Shown here: in pieces, positions 12,600-24,828 of the stretch
How the letters are laid out: the number at the start of each line of letters is the position of its first letter
How positions within the stretch are numbered: position 1 is the first letter of the stretch
DNA from: Moniliella sp. 'wahieum'
Lineage: Eukaryota
Direction of reading: 5' to 3'
Length of the DNA stretch: 64,000 nucleotides
Assembly (NCBI GenBank): GCA_003971905.1
Contig: RSEE01000147.1
Coordinates: 1-64,000 of the forward strand
The notes under the pieces: generated by a model
Databases searched by the model: none
The model's input: only the letters and a program-made list of their open reading frames with translations
Told to the model about the DNA's origin: nothing
Program-made: the position numbers and the translations under genes

Positions 12600-15149
12600 T
12601 TAGTGCCCATTGACCAAAGGGGGTGATTGTTCCAGAGCCAAGGCTTGCTGCCAGCCCTCGGGGAACAGGTCGGGTCTTCGGCCGGGTTGGCCAGGCCTTG
12701 GGCCAAGACAGTCTGCTTGGCGCGCTTGGTACTGGCCAGCTCTGCCCTCCACGCGTCCACGAGACTGGGCACGCGGGAGGGTGCATACGTCCGGGCAAAC
12801 AGTGCGGCCTCTGCGGTACGCCCGGCTTGTTGCAGTAGCTCAATGCAGCCGTCTACCTCACCCAGTTGCAGCAGTGCAGAGAATGCAACGTTGGTCAGTT
12901 CCTTCTCTTGGCCAGCTCGACGACGGAGGTCAGGATGGCCCGGTCGCAGAACGACACGCCGAGCAACAACAGCGCCGATACGTCCCTGGCCTTGGTGAAG
13001 CACTCTTGGGCCAACTTCAGGTCCCATCGTGCCAGTGCCTTGTCGCCCAAGGCGCGCCAATGCGGCTCGCTCCCGGCCGCCGACTCGGCACGGACAATAC
13101 GCAGCGCCTCCTCGAGTTGATCGAGGTTCATCGCCAGCTCGAATCGCTGGTCCGGATCTTGCGCCACCGACAGCGCCAGCTCCGTCTCGCCATGCCCTTC
13201 CAAAAAGCGGCGCGACGCGGTTAAGTTGATCTGCAGGGACGTCCTGCAGAATCTCTGCCGCAGCATCCTTCTCGCCTTGGAGAATCAAGGTTTGATATTG
13301 GACCATAGCGAGCGACAAGGCATAACTGTAGATGGACAGGTCCTTACCCACTGCATATACGACTGTGGGAAGGCAGGTAGCCCAGAATGTAAAGCTCACT
13401 GCAAGAGAGGGGGGGAAGCAAGTTAGTGCAAGGCAGAGGGAGATCAAGGGGGGAGAAAGAGAATGACATACGTGTCAGTATGACTGATGGTGTATGTTTG
13501 GTCGCCAACAAGGTATTGGAGCTTGTTGTTGGTGTAGTGTAAATCAAGCATTCTTCGGTCCATTGGCAGAACGAACTGGTTCGCTGACCTCGGTCACCAC
13601 ATCAAAAACTGTCCTCCCCCTTCGTCGCCAGTGGGCTGGCCAGCCGCCAAAGCCGCCTCAAAAGCAGCAGGATTGTAGCGCAAGACATAGAACGAGTCTT
13701 CACCAATGATGCTCACCAATTCGCCCGAGCGAGACCAAGCGACCTGTTTGGCTTCCACATCGATCCGGCGGACCAATGCGCCCGAATCCCAATCGTAAAA
13801 GCACACAAACCCTTCCCCAACCACAGCGAGGAGGAGAGCGCCACCAAACACAGTAGTCACCGCATAGCCCAGTGATAAGAACGCTTCCCGTTCCTTAAAG
13901 TTGCGATACACCTTTACGCTTGTATCGTCGGTCTTGCGGGCGTAGGTGGTCGAGTCGTGGGACCAAGCAAAAGCAGAGCCGGAGCCGAAGGCACTTGTTG
14001 CGCCACGCCAAGGCAGTGTAGACAACGTACTCGCCATCGCTACGGCAGTGACAAAGCGGCCATTGGGAGAGTGGAGGAGCGCTTGGCATAGGACTCCAAG
14101 TTGCCCATCTCGGTGTGGGTACCATCAGGGCCTGCCCATCGTCTGCGCTTCGTCCGCGAGCGCGCCCAGGTTGGCGCTGTGAATCTCGAGGTTCTTGGCG
14201 TAGACGACCTTACCTGCCTGGTCCATGCTCACCACCGGCTTTCCTTTAAGCTTGACCACTACCAAGCCATTGTCGTAACCAAACGCAACGTCATTGCTCA
14301 CCTTGCTCGCGCGGCGCACCAACAGCGCTCGAGGCCATAGTCAAGCAGACTTTCGGTGCGGTACGTGTGCTGTCCCATACGCGCACCGTCCCGTCCTCGG
14401 CGCCTGAAATAAGCACAGGCAGGCTGGGTGGTAGATGGCAAACGAGACGTTGAACGCATGGCCCTCAAGCGTCTGAACACACGACTTGGTGAGGTAGTCC
14501 CACACTTTGATCGTCTTGTCGTCAGAGCAAGTGATCAGGTAAGGCTTGTCGCTGCCAGGGTAGTAGTCAACGTAGTTGACGCCCCGCTCGTGGGCCTCGA
14601 GGGTGTAGTTGGGTGCAGTGATGCCCGCAGGGCCAAAGCCGGCCCCAATGGTCCATACCTTGACGGTGCGGTCGATGGAGGCAGAGGCAAAGGTGTTGGA
14701 GTCCTTGGGGTTGAAGACGAGATGCATAATGTAATGGGTGTGGCCCTCAAAGGTCTGGACATGTTTCCAGTTCTTGTCCCAGTCAAAGAGGCGGATGGAC
14801 ATGTCGTCGCTGCCGGTCAGGACAAAGGGCAGGGGGGGGTGGACAGAAGGGTGCGGAGTAGGGGGTGGGCTTCGAACTGGATGACCTTCTCGGAGGTGTT
14901 GTAGTTGTACACGCGCAGCTGGTGGTCGTCGGCGCCGGCGATAAACCAATGCTTGCGGGCGATGAAGCGGGCGGTGCGGACAGGCACGGGGGCGACATCA
15001 AACGACTTGACGAGCGCGCCAGTGATGTAGTTGGTGATCTGGACGGTGCCATTGTAGAGCGCGGCTAGGACCCAGGGCTCGGAGGGGTGGAAGTCGAGCG
15101 CCTTGACGCGGTCGGAGCGGGCGACGATGCGCCGAGTAAGCTCGAGCAT
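12600..15149 (-). CDS. SEC27: Coatomer beta-prime subunit
   Basis: RSDRVKALDFHPSEPWVL, TGSDDMSIRLFDWDKNW, HERGVNYVDYYPGSDKPYL, YTALAWRNK and AEAALFARTYAPS; intron(s) around 13350-13470. Confidence 0.95.
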
Positions 15150-15433
15150 GACGGGGGGCGGGAGCGCGGCGGCGGTGTCGACGGCGGCGGAGAGGAGCGC
15201 GGGCGCCAGGCGCTCAGGCAGGCTCAGGCTCAGCGTCCCACCTGGCAGGCGGCGGCTGACGTGGAGCAGGGGTGCTAGGGTTGCCGTCGCCCGCCCTCTG
15301 TGGCTAAAATTAAAAGGTTCTTCTCTGGGCGGGCGTTCTCAGGTTCAAACGAGCGGACGACACATTGGGCGCTCGACTTCGACTTTGCCCAGCAGAGCGC
15401 TCGTCTCGCCGCTGTCGCTTCACCACCACCACC

Positions 15434-15888
15434 ATGTTTGGCTTTGGGTCGTCTGCGCCCGCCCCGCCTTCGGCACCCGCATCGGACCCCTCCCACCCGA
15501 CTTTGACCCCGCAACAGTCGATGTGGCAAGCAAGGAGGTGCGCCCTCTCCCCCCACCCCTGCGACCCCCAACCTGCGCAACACAGGCTGGGTGGCGCAGG
15601 TGCTACGAAGATAGGGAAGCTAACCCATCCCCCACCTTGGCCTCTTCTGGTATCGCCTCATCCTGGCAGCTGGAAATGGTAACAGACCTACCACAAATTG
15701 GTGCGATCGTGCTACGCCAAGTGCATCAACCAGCCGGTGTTGGAAGCGGATGTACTCAAGGGCGAAGGCGTTTGTGTAGATCGCTGCGTCGCCAAGTTCT
15801 TTGAGGTGAACAAAAAGATTGGGTGTTGATGAACAACATGGGCGCCGCCCAGGCGCAGCATCAAACTCAAGCCAATTTGCAACTCTAA
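15434..15888 (+). CDS. TIM10: Mitochondrial intermembrane space small Tim chaperone Tim10
   Basis: After an intron (~15538-15669): LEMVTDL..KLVRSCYAKCI...KGEGVCVDRCVAKFFEVNKKIG, a twin CX3C motif. Confidence 0.9.
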
Positions 15889-16625
15889 GGGTGGGACTGT
15901 ACCTCCTTTGGATGGACCAAGATCCTGTTCTTGCCCTACTGTCTCGCGCTCCCGGCTGGGCTCTTTCCTTGGCCTAGTTGGCCGCTTTGCTTAGCTTGGG
16001 GCATCCACAGTTCTCTTGCTTGCCCCTGTCTGACTCTCGTGCACCTTGTCATCTATCTTATATCCACCCAGCGCTACGATCCCACTGGGCGAAAGGGCAG
16101 AGATGCAATTCGAGCGCCGCCATGGGCCTGTGGCAAAGCTCAAAACGGAAGAAAGAAAAGGATGCTGGAAGATCGGAGTGCACTCGGGCCCAACGGCCGG
16201 CGAGGGGAGAATAGCAGAAGCGTATCAGGTCCGGCACATCACGATCGGGCGTTCGGTGAGGTGGACCGTTCCATAGGCGGAGGGCAAGGGCAGTGGACCG
16301 ACGAACTTAGGAAGAAAGAGAAGGGAAGGGGCAAAGTGACCATGCGATCCCCCAGACTGGACCCTACGCTCACTTTCTTGAGGGCTCATCGAATGTCCAG
16401 GCCAGAATCTCTGTTACGGGGTTACGGGGCGCTCCGGTTATCTGGACGCTGAGCGTCAGGCTGAGCTCAGCCCCGCATGTCGTAGACATCTTAGCCCAAC
16501 CCGCGTCAGTCCGGTTAGACTAGCGAGAGAGAGCCAGTCGACACCTTATCCATGCGCGGATATCATCCGCGGCCCGCCATGGTCGCATGGGCTTGTCGGT
16601 ACGATTTGTACCCATTGCGCCCAGT

Positions 16626-17270
16626 TGTCAGAACCCTTCCTGCTGCGCCCGACTACGCACCGTCAGCACCTTGGAGAAAGCAAGGGCTGTGCCATTAGTC
16701 TTTACCTCTCTGGGAAGTGCCGCATTCTGTCTATACCTGTCATTTGGCACTTGAGGCCTGTGGTTCCTTCTTCTGTATATCAGCAGCCATGTCTAAAGTG
16801 GTCCTTGTCGACCATCCTGTCTCCTACCTTTGTCTCCCCGACGACCAGTTCCTCTCTCGCCCTTCCACCTTTCTACCACCGTTACACTTACGAATTTACG
16901 ACTTACGTCAAGTGCACTGCAAGCCGCGGTTACTCGTCAGTAGCGCTTGCTCTTCTTTAGGACTCTGTCTGTTCCCGCCAGCTAGTACAGCGTACCGAGT
17001 GTGGTAACGCTGCGAGGAACAGGTAACTTCGGAGCTCCTGGACCCTTCAGCTCGTTAACGACCTACATACGCGGCTCCACCTCGAACGATATGGAATGCG
17101 GCCTTTGCACGCAGGCAGCCACTGCCCAAACTAGAGGGTCTCTCCCTCGCCTCTACACCCGCTCGGTTCAACCAGGATCTGGAGCAGGACCTAACGTACG
17201 AGACACCGATTGACCTGTCCAAGGGTTTATACCCTAAACTACAGGGGGGTTACCCCCCACCCCCATGACA
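16626..17270 (+). mobile_element. Possible LTR relic
   Basis: Begins TGTCA and ends TGACA, non-coding, with a TGGCG PBS-like motif 6 nt downstream; no TSD and no partner copy seen. Confidence 0.3.
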
Positions 17271-17810
17271 GCTACCTGGCGTTGCCCGACGAATAGCAAG
17301 GGACTACCGGCGAGGGGTCTCGTTCCTGTTTGGTTCGAGCCCCGATTGCCTCCTAAGAAACGAAAACGGTGCAACGCAGAGGCGGGGGTTGGGTACATAC
17401 AATAACTGACCCTGGATGCCCAACAAAACGAGAAGAACGCACAGAGAGACAGATGGGAGTACAACTCTGATGTCATCGCGATTGGATGGGCAGATTGAAA
17501 AAAAAAGGCAGGGGAAAAGGGATTCCGTATTGCCGCTGAGATCTGCCGACGGTCTCCGGCTGGATTGGTAAGGGGACAACTAGGTCTCGGTGGAAGGCGC
17601 TTGCCTGTTGGGAAAAAACGTGTCGTTCCAGACCAAACTTTTTTGCTGGTATCGCCATAGTCGTTTAGAGGCCCAAGTGTGCTCAGGTGATGAAGGAAGA
17701 GGCTGAAGCGGGAGTGGGGGCTTCAGTAGGATAATCAATGGCCGAAATGATGCTAAACAAAAGGAAATGCCTACAGTAGCGGCAGCAGAGAGAATGTAAT
17801 CATCCTGTAA

Positions 17811-20324
17811 TCATGACAACCAGTCCAGAGATTGAGTTAGTAGAGAGAGAGAAGGAGAGACGGCTTCATTCGTCCCGAAAAGAATTGATATATGGAGCGG
17901 TACACATACACAATCCAATAATTCAACTGCCGGCGACGGGAGAAGAGTAGGTGGGAGACTGCTCCCCAAAAAAACCACGAGGTCCAGCAGACCGCTGAAC
18001 AGAATGCGAATTGCGATATACCTCCAAAAAAGAGCGGCCAATGGAACGAGGAGATGAGCAGAGCGATTCAACCAACGGGGCAAAACGCGTGCGGCAAAGT
18101 ACACAGCAGCGGCAACACCGCACCAATAAGGAGAAAGTACAGAGTCCATTGGTATTGGTGCAAAAAGCCGTTCTTGTGAATCCCGAGGTAAGACCAATAT
18201 ATGGGATCGTATAAACCTTCAACCCGTAGCGTCGCCTGGTCGTTGACGTACATAGACGGTCATAGCTGAACTCCACCCCAGCCAGAGTCCACACTGCAAC
18301 ATCGAGCATATCAACTGGGTGCCCACAATTACATAGAAGTAAGCCGTGGTGGGATCTTAAAGTAGACCGCCAGTTTGGAGCAGCCACAGTAGAGCATTGC
18401 TTGTTGGATGGTCCCCGGGCAGAACATCTGAAAGAGTGGAAGAATGGTCGTGTGCCCAGGCAGGGAAGCACTACAATCAACGTCGCCAAGTGCTCCACGC
18501 ACTTCAGCTCCACCGACGTCCGGCCACCACAATGCCCACTGGAACAATGAAGATTCAGCCACGCCAGGGCCAGCACAATCGCCCAAACCGGTACCGAGGT
18601 GTGGGACAGGTGTACCATGGGGATGGCAAAGCAAAGGCAACCAGAAGCAAACACAGGTACCACCAGGTGGGAACAGCCGGGTAGCGGGCGAGTTGGCGGG
18701 CGTGGGGGTCAGGCGAATCAGCCACGTTGGACACTTTCCATCAGCGGCGTAGGTCGCCGCCATCGAAGAGCGGAGTGTGGAACGAGCAACGCGGTGGTAA
18801 TGCAGCATAGGAAAACGCCCACGTCATGATGTTTGTGGCAAAGTATCCCTGGGGTGGATGGCGCGAATCAAATTGGGGGAGATCTAGATACATGTCTTGT
18901 GGCAAGGGGTTGACATGCATGTCGATAATGTCATCCAGATGTGGGTACCAAATCACGTTGAGAAGGGCATAGGGAATGCAGCGCTTGGTTCCGGTTGGTG
19001 AAAAAATCGGCAGGGAAGTGACCATAGCAACTGCGAAGCCACAAAATACGTTGACCAGCGCGCCCCACGGTACGATCAAGGGTGAACTCAACGCTGGGAT
19101 CACTGCACTCCAGTCTAGGGACCAAAAAGACATCCCATGCCACCCTTTGCATCAAACAATAGATTGACCACAAAGTTGGACGGAGCAATCCACGTTGGCC
19201 ACTGGAGCTTTCCCAGAGGTGGGTAGAAGAATTGTGGGATCCAGTGCCAGACGAACATGACGTCGCCACAATCCAACAGAAGACACGGCGACGGTTCCAG
19301 TTGCCACGGCGAACCCCGTGTAACGCCGTCAACATTGCACTGGTCTGAAGCTGCTGAGGTACAGGAGCTCACCAGCCAAATGAGAAGACGTGTGGCAAGA
19401 CCTGCCAAGGCAAATCCAAAGAATGGGGTCGAGAGATAGATGAGAAAGAGGAAGGCCGAGTGGGAATGTGTTCTCTTGTTTTGTGCCACCCTCCGTCAAT
19501 TGAGACATTCCGGCCAAGTATTGCAAGGTTAGGTTGGGTCCCATGGCAACCGCGGCGACGATGGTGCAGATCCTGCGCGAAAGAATCACACGTGTCAGCC
19601 AGAGGTCTCCTTCACTACAACCTCAACGTCTCGCAAGTTGGGACCACGTATGTTCCTTGAGATTAAAAGGGCCCGGGTTGATGAACCAAGCCAGGGGCCA
19701 GTGGGATGGGTACAGTATTTTCGATAGCGCAAAACCCAAACAGTAGGTGAATGGCTGTACCATCACTGCACTGTAGTCAAAGAGCTGTGGATGGCTGAGT
19801 CTCCTCGGATCTCCATAGCAACGACGGCGGTGGTGAGGCCGAGGGCCAGCAGCATGGAAAGCATCCAGGTGCGGATTGTGTTGCACGGCATATCTGGGTC
19901 GTCTTCGTTAGGCACGACGGCACGCGCACGCGCATCAGCCAAGTCCAGAACCTTCTCCTCGTCTGTGTAGTTTCATCTCCATTATTGGCGCCTTCGCCCA
20001 CTGGTCTGACCCGGTTTTCGTTCGTCGCGGGTCGCGTTCCAGAGGGTTCATCATGTTGACTCAGCAGCGAGTCGTGTGAGAGAGGGCGTTTTCCAAGAGC
20101 GACTCTGTTTCGATCCCATTCTCGTTGTCGTCCTCGACTGTGTTTGTGAACGAAACAGGGGTAGTCTTCTTGTACGTCGCGTGGTTTGTTGATGTTATGC
20201 TATCAATTATGAGAGGCTGAAGACAGTCGATGGCATCCGGCGAGGGTCGAAGGCCCGAGTCTTTGGAAAGTGGGGGGTCGTTTCTCATCGCTTCGTTGAG
20301 CCCGCTCGAGCGAGAATTTGACAT
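17811..20324 (-). pseudogene. OPT oligopeptide transporter, heavily fragmented
   Basis: WFINPGPFNLKEHT, LSTPFFGFALAGLATRLL and SLDWSAV..LSSPLIVPW, plus many hydrophobic segments; more fragmented than neighbouring genes, though assembly error cannot be excluded. Confidence 0.75.
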
Positions 20325-20655
20325 GTGTCATAGCCTTTTGTTTTGCTTATTGTGTTGGTTAGTGCTCGATGTTGTTGTTGTTGTTGTTGTCATCGTGGTG
20401 GTGAATCACAGTCATTGTGAGTTGAGCTTGCATTTATATTATCAGAGGTCGTCGTCCCAATTCCGTTCCGACTCGCAGGTCATCAATCGCTCCCTTCCTC
20501 GCTCTCCCGCTCATATCATGCTTCTTTGTGAGCTCGAGCCTGGAGGCCATTAACAGCAATACATAATCCCAGCTGCGCCAAGGGAAATGCAACACCTATC
20601 CGCAGAAGCGCAAAACCCACCAAAGCATATTGGTACTGTCGCTCCTCCTCACCTA

Positions 20656-20873
20656 CTAGTCTCAAAACCAAAGACGATCAGCAAGTAATAATCATTAACG
20701 AAGAGGGGAGCGAGAAGAAGGGAAAGAGGGGAGGAGAGGTGGTGGCGAAGACTACAGAACAAGCAGTAGGACAGGGGTGAACACGTGGCCTGCTAGCCTG
20801 CGCGCGGCAATTCTAGGGCCTAGCTTTCACATTACGCATCAGGCAAAAAGGCACCTGTGGGTGACATGGCAAC
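20656..20873 (-). repeat. Dispersed repeat, copy B
   Basis: Reverse-complement match to 7958-8171. Confidence 0.85.
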
Positions 20874-21529
20874 GATTCGACGCGCCTCGGGCCTCAGGAA
20901 GGCTATTAGGGACTGTGGGATGGAACTGTGCCGCGCGGGCTGCAATCAGAGTTCGGAGAATGCGGTCCAGGGAGCGACAGTGATCCATGAGCGGGGTATA
21001 ATCCGTGTGCAATGGTCCAGCTGACGGCTGTGCAAGCGAGAAAAAAAGTAGAGGAAGAGCGAAAACAGGAGCGTAACCAGTTGCGCCTCGCCCACACACC
21101 GGGTTAGTGCGGCAGAGGGTTACAGAGGGGGGTCTGTGTTCAGGAAGCTTTTCTCCCATGTACCCCGCCGGCTGCCCTAGTGCGGGATCCCGGGGGGTAG
21201 GGTTACATGTGCGCACCTATAAAACGCCCACGCGTTATTCTGAGAAAGCTTTTTACCCACAAAAGCAATCGTGAAGCACATCAGGATAGTATAGCAGCGC
21301 GCGAATAATGAAAATGTGTCAGACCGTCCTTTGGACTGTGAACATCCAGAGCTTGATCTTAATTGGATCCGAGCCGAGGTAAAATGGGGAAGCAAAAAAC
21401 CCCTTTGTTCTGCTCCTCCCCTCCCTACTTCTTACCAAAATGAAGGTGGTGGGAGTAACTAGTAACTGTAACTGAGCACGACTGAGTACTAATTGTGCAA
21501 TCCTATATTGTATAGTCAACCTACTCTGC

Positions 21530-23215
21530 ATCCATGTCATTGATAAAACTTAAGGCCGGGACAGGAAAACGCTACGCCTAAACCGAACCGACGTTCATCG
21601 TGCGTGTGGTACTTGGTAGCGCCACCGCCGTTAAGGAACCAGGGGGGGTCGCCAGGAGATCAGGACCCTCTGGTGCCTGCCATCCGTTCCCGTACCGAGG
21701 CAGCGCGAAGTCGACACGGTCGATGAACCTGGTAGGCATCCGAGCGAGGAACCATTTCCTTTAAGAGTCACTGGTAGTCAAATCCTTCAGTGTGCAGCAC
21801 TGATCCTCTGATTACTCCAGTCCACATCACGCGGTAGTCGGTGTGCAGTGCCCTCCGCCCACGCCTCGGCCATCCTCTTCCTCCACAGCAGGTTCGTTGC
21901 GGAGTGGGTGTGTCGGGGATGGAGCGCACGAGCTGGAGAATTGGATCCGTACTGCCTCATGCCTAACATGGCTGGGAGCGGGTGCAAGCCATGATGTGGT
22001 CCAGCGAGGACAGGACGCCGTACTTGCACATGATGCTGCATCTGGAGCGGCACAGAGTTCGGAGCTGGACACCAACCTGAACCTGCTGTCAGAGAGCCGG
22101 AGGCACAGGGTGGATGGAATGGCGGAGAGCCAATTGTGGCTCAGTGGGTTGCTGTGCTCGACCACATGGGGATCATCGGCAGCTTCCAGCTTCTGGGCAG
22201 CTCTTGTCGACTCGTCCCACATCGCCCGGCAGCGCTGGCGTGTTGTCGTAAATGCGTTTGCCGTTTCCGTTTGCGTCGATCGGTCAACATAAGTGGTGAT
22301 AAGAAAGTAGTTGACCTCGTGGCCGCGGCACGGGCGAGGGGCGCCAATATAGCGGGCTGCCGCATCCTCCCATCCGGAGGGGCAGGCTCATGAGCATGTC
22401 GAAGTGGTCGTCCCTGGCACCTTGGGAGTCCTCGTCGCCCCGAATCCGTCTGAACTCCATACAGATGAAGGCATCAATCTCGGCCAGCACATCGTCTAGC
22501 TCTCCTTCCATCTGCATGGTGCCAGGTGGCGCAGCTTGGTCTGAGTACTGAGCAGCCATAGTAAGAGGCGTCCCTGGCGAGTGATGCCATCAAACTTGGG
22601 CATGTTCTCCCTCAGGCTGGCCAGTTGGTCCCGGAGCCACGATTGACGACTAGCTGTCCACCCCTCCCACACGAAAGTGCCCAGGACCTGTGCAGCCAAT
22701 CCTACCGAGGAATCTGGTCCGGTCCCGCTCGATGCACTTGTGCAGGTTGAGCGTGAAGCCTAACGCGTCGTCTTCCAAAATCTCCGCAGCTAGGCCGGTA
22801 ATTCCTGGCTCTGGTCCGAAAATCGTAATGTCGTCCAGGTACGCCATCACCAGGTGCCCCGGCGGTAGATCGTTTTGCAATTCTCCAGCGTGGGCCGCAC
22901 TGCGATGGACAAGAAAAGGGGGGCGAGGGGGCCGCCCTGCCGAACGCCCTCGGCCGACAGAACGCTTGTCTCATTTCCGCCCGACGCAACCCAAAGCTGG
23001 GTGGGGGTACCATAGATCCATCGACCCAACGAGAGGAAACGGGAGACGAAGGTATGGGGCGCGTTGGCGAGTGGGCGGCGGCGCACAGTGTTATTGAAAG
23101 CGTTATTGGTGAAGTCGAGCATGGCGACAGGGCTGAAGCCGTCCAGTTCCATGTCGTTCCCCGCCTGTCGCTGCCATGCGCTCGACCATCCATACGATAG
23201 GCTCCACCCCGTTTG
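21530..23215 (-). mobile_element. Non-LTR retrotransposon relic, RLE type (CRE/Cnl1-like), copy 1; 5'-truncated with an internal deletion
   Basis: RT motifs GVEPIV, LDFTNNAFN, GVRQGGPLAPLF and MAYLDD; LPLRM thumb region; RHEAVR after a Cys/His cluster; DNA homology to 40274-42099. Confidence 0.88.
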
Positions 23216-24828
23216 TAGAATGTCGATGTACACTCTTCCTTCAAGAACAAACTTTCGCGCGCCATATAGATCTGAAAGGGACCCGGCGGCTTCCTCTTCG
23301 ACAAATTTGCAGGATTGAATATGGAAGACGCTCTCATGGTCTGATGAAATGCTGGACGGGATCTGATCCGGGTCAACCTCGTGGACTCTCTTTTGGTGAT
23401 CAACGGGGTGCAACATGTCAACGAGAAATTCGGCTGCTTCCATGCAATGTTATCTTAGGATCAGCGTTTAGGAACATTGAGGCCCTCAACACAACTAGGA
23501 GGGATGCCATGTTTCATCAGGATGAGGTCCATTGACTGCTACCGTTGTCAACTCTCATTTTTGTTCTCGCAAGCGAACGAAACTAACAGCTTCCAATCTG
23601 CATTCGTTTCGCTCTCTCAACGAGATGACAGAACTTGTTCGCTCCAAAATAGGCAAAATACCAGGGAGTGTAAGTTGTCCGAAAGCCCAAGAATGCGCCG
23701 AGTTCGTTTCCACATGTTCGAAGATACCATGGGCGCATCAGGTGCAGTCCATGGTGGTGGCGGTTTGCGATCCTAACGGAGAGACCTCCCGGGGTGGTCT
23801 ATCCATCGGATCTATCCACACTCAACTCCCGTTGCAGGAGGTAATGGCTGTGGATGAGATCAAATATATGCCTTGGGCATACTCCAAGTTGACGGAAACT
23901 CCATCAACACGGGGGTTACAGCACCGTCAGGGCCATGCCGTGTTGCATAAATAACTACTATGTATAGAAACTCCCATGGTCACTGTCTCGGCACGGTCTA
24001 TACCTTTTACTTGCCTGTTTCTGTGGTTCATAGTCTGGATTCTTAGGGCTACCTCCAGGTTCCACAAGCAACGGGGTGGGCCCTTTTCCCACAGGCATGC
24101 AATCGGAATTTTCGCCTGACTATACCTTATGGGCTGTGTCGGTTGAGGGGGGTACTTCAGACCCCAGCAGGAAGGTATATATAGCCTACTGGTGGGGGCA
24201 AACAGAGTTTTGTACCGACAGGCTGCGCCACATCCTACCGGTTTGGTGAGAAGATGTTGTGGACGAGGCCTGGGATTATCCCCACCCTCGATCCGTCGAC
24301 CGCTTTCATGAAGAGGGGGGTGGTGGGAGGTATCGATTCCTCTCTGGCAACAGAGATTCGCCGCTGGTTTGGTTTTTGGGACCAGTTTTGGTCGGCGGGG
24401 AGGAAGAGTGGCGGAATATGGGTGTTCCTGCTTTCGATAGGGTCGCGTGTGTAGGATGCACTTGGGAAAGAAGGAGGAGGGAGGAACTAGTGGGGCATCC
24501 GTTGAAGCCGCAGAGGGGTGTATATATCGTGAGGCCGTACATACAAGACGAATGCACACACCACTGCATTTTCGGACGCCGGCCCAATTTCCAGAGGCGA
24601 GGCGTTCGGCCCTACTAGCTGCTGCCACATTGAAACCAGCTGCGATGGCGCAATCCGCCGCGTCGGAAATCGGCTGTGCCGGTATCAGTGCGCATGTGAA
24701 ATTTCAGTGCGTGGCCTTCTCCGCTCTTCCCACCGGCGTTTGTCCAGTGGGAGGACATGCGTGGACGGGACGCATGGCGGCCCGAGTCAGAGACTGCGCC
24801 TTCCACCATCCCTCTTCTCCTGGGCGAC

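Noticed and set aside
23215..24600. Further TE sequence, including polypurine tracts at ~24143 and ~24311
   Set aside because: No recognisable protein motifs or paired LTR; left unannotated
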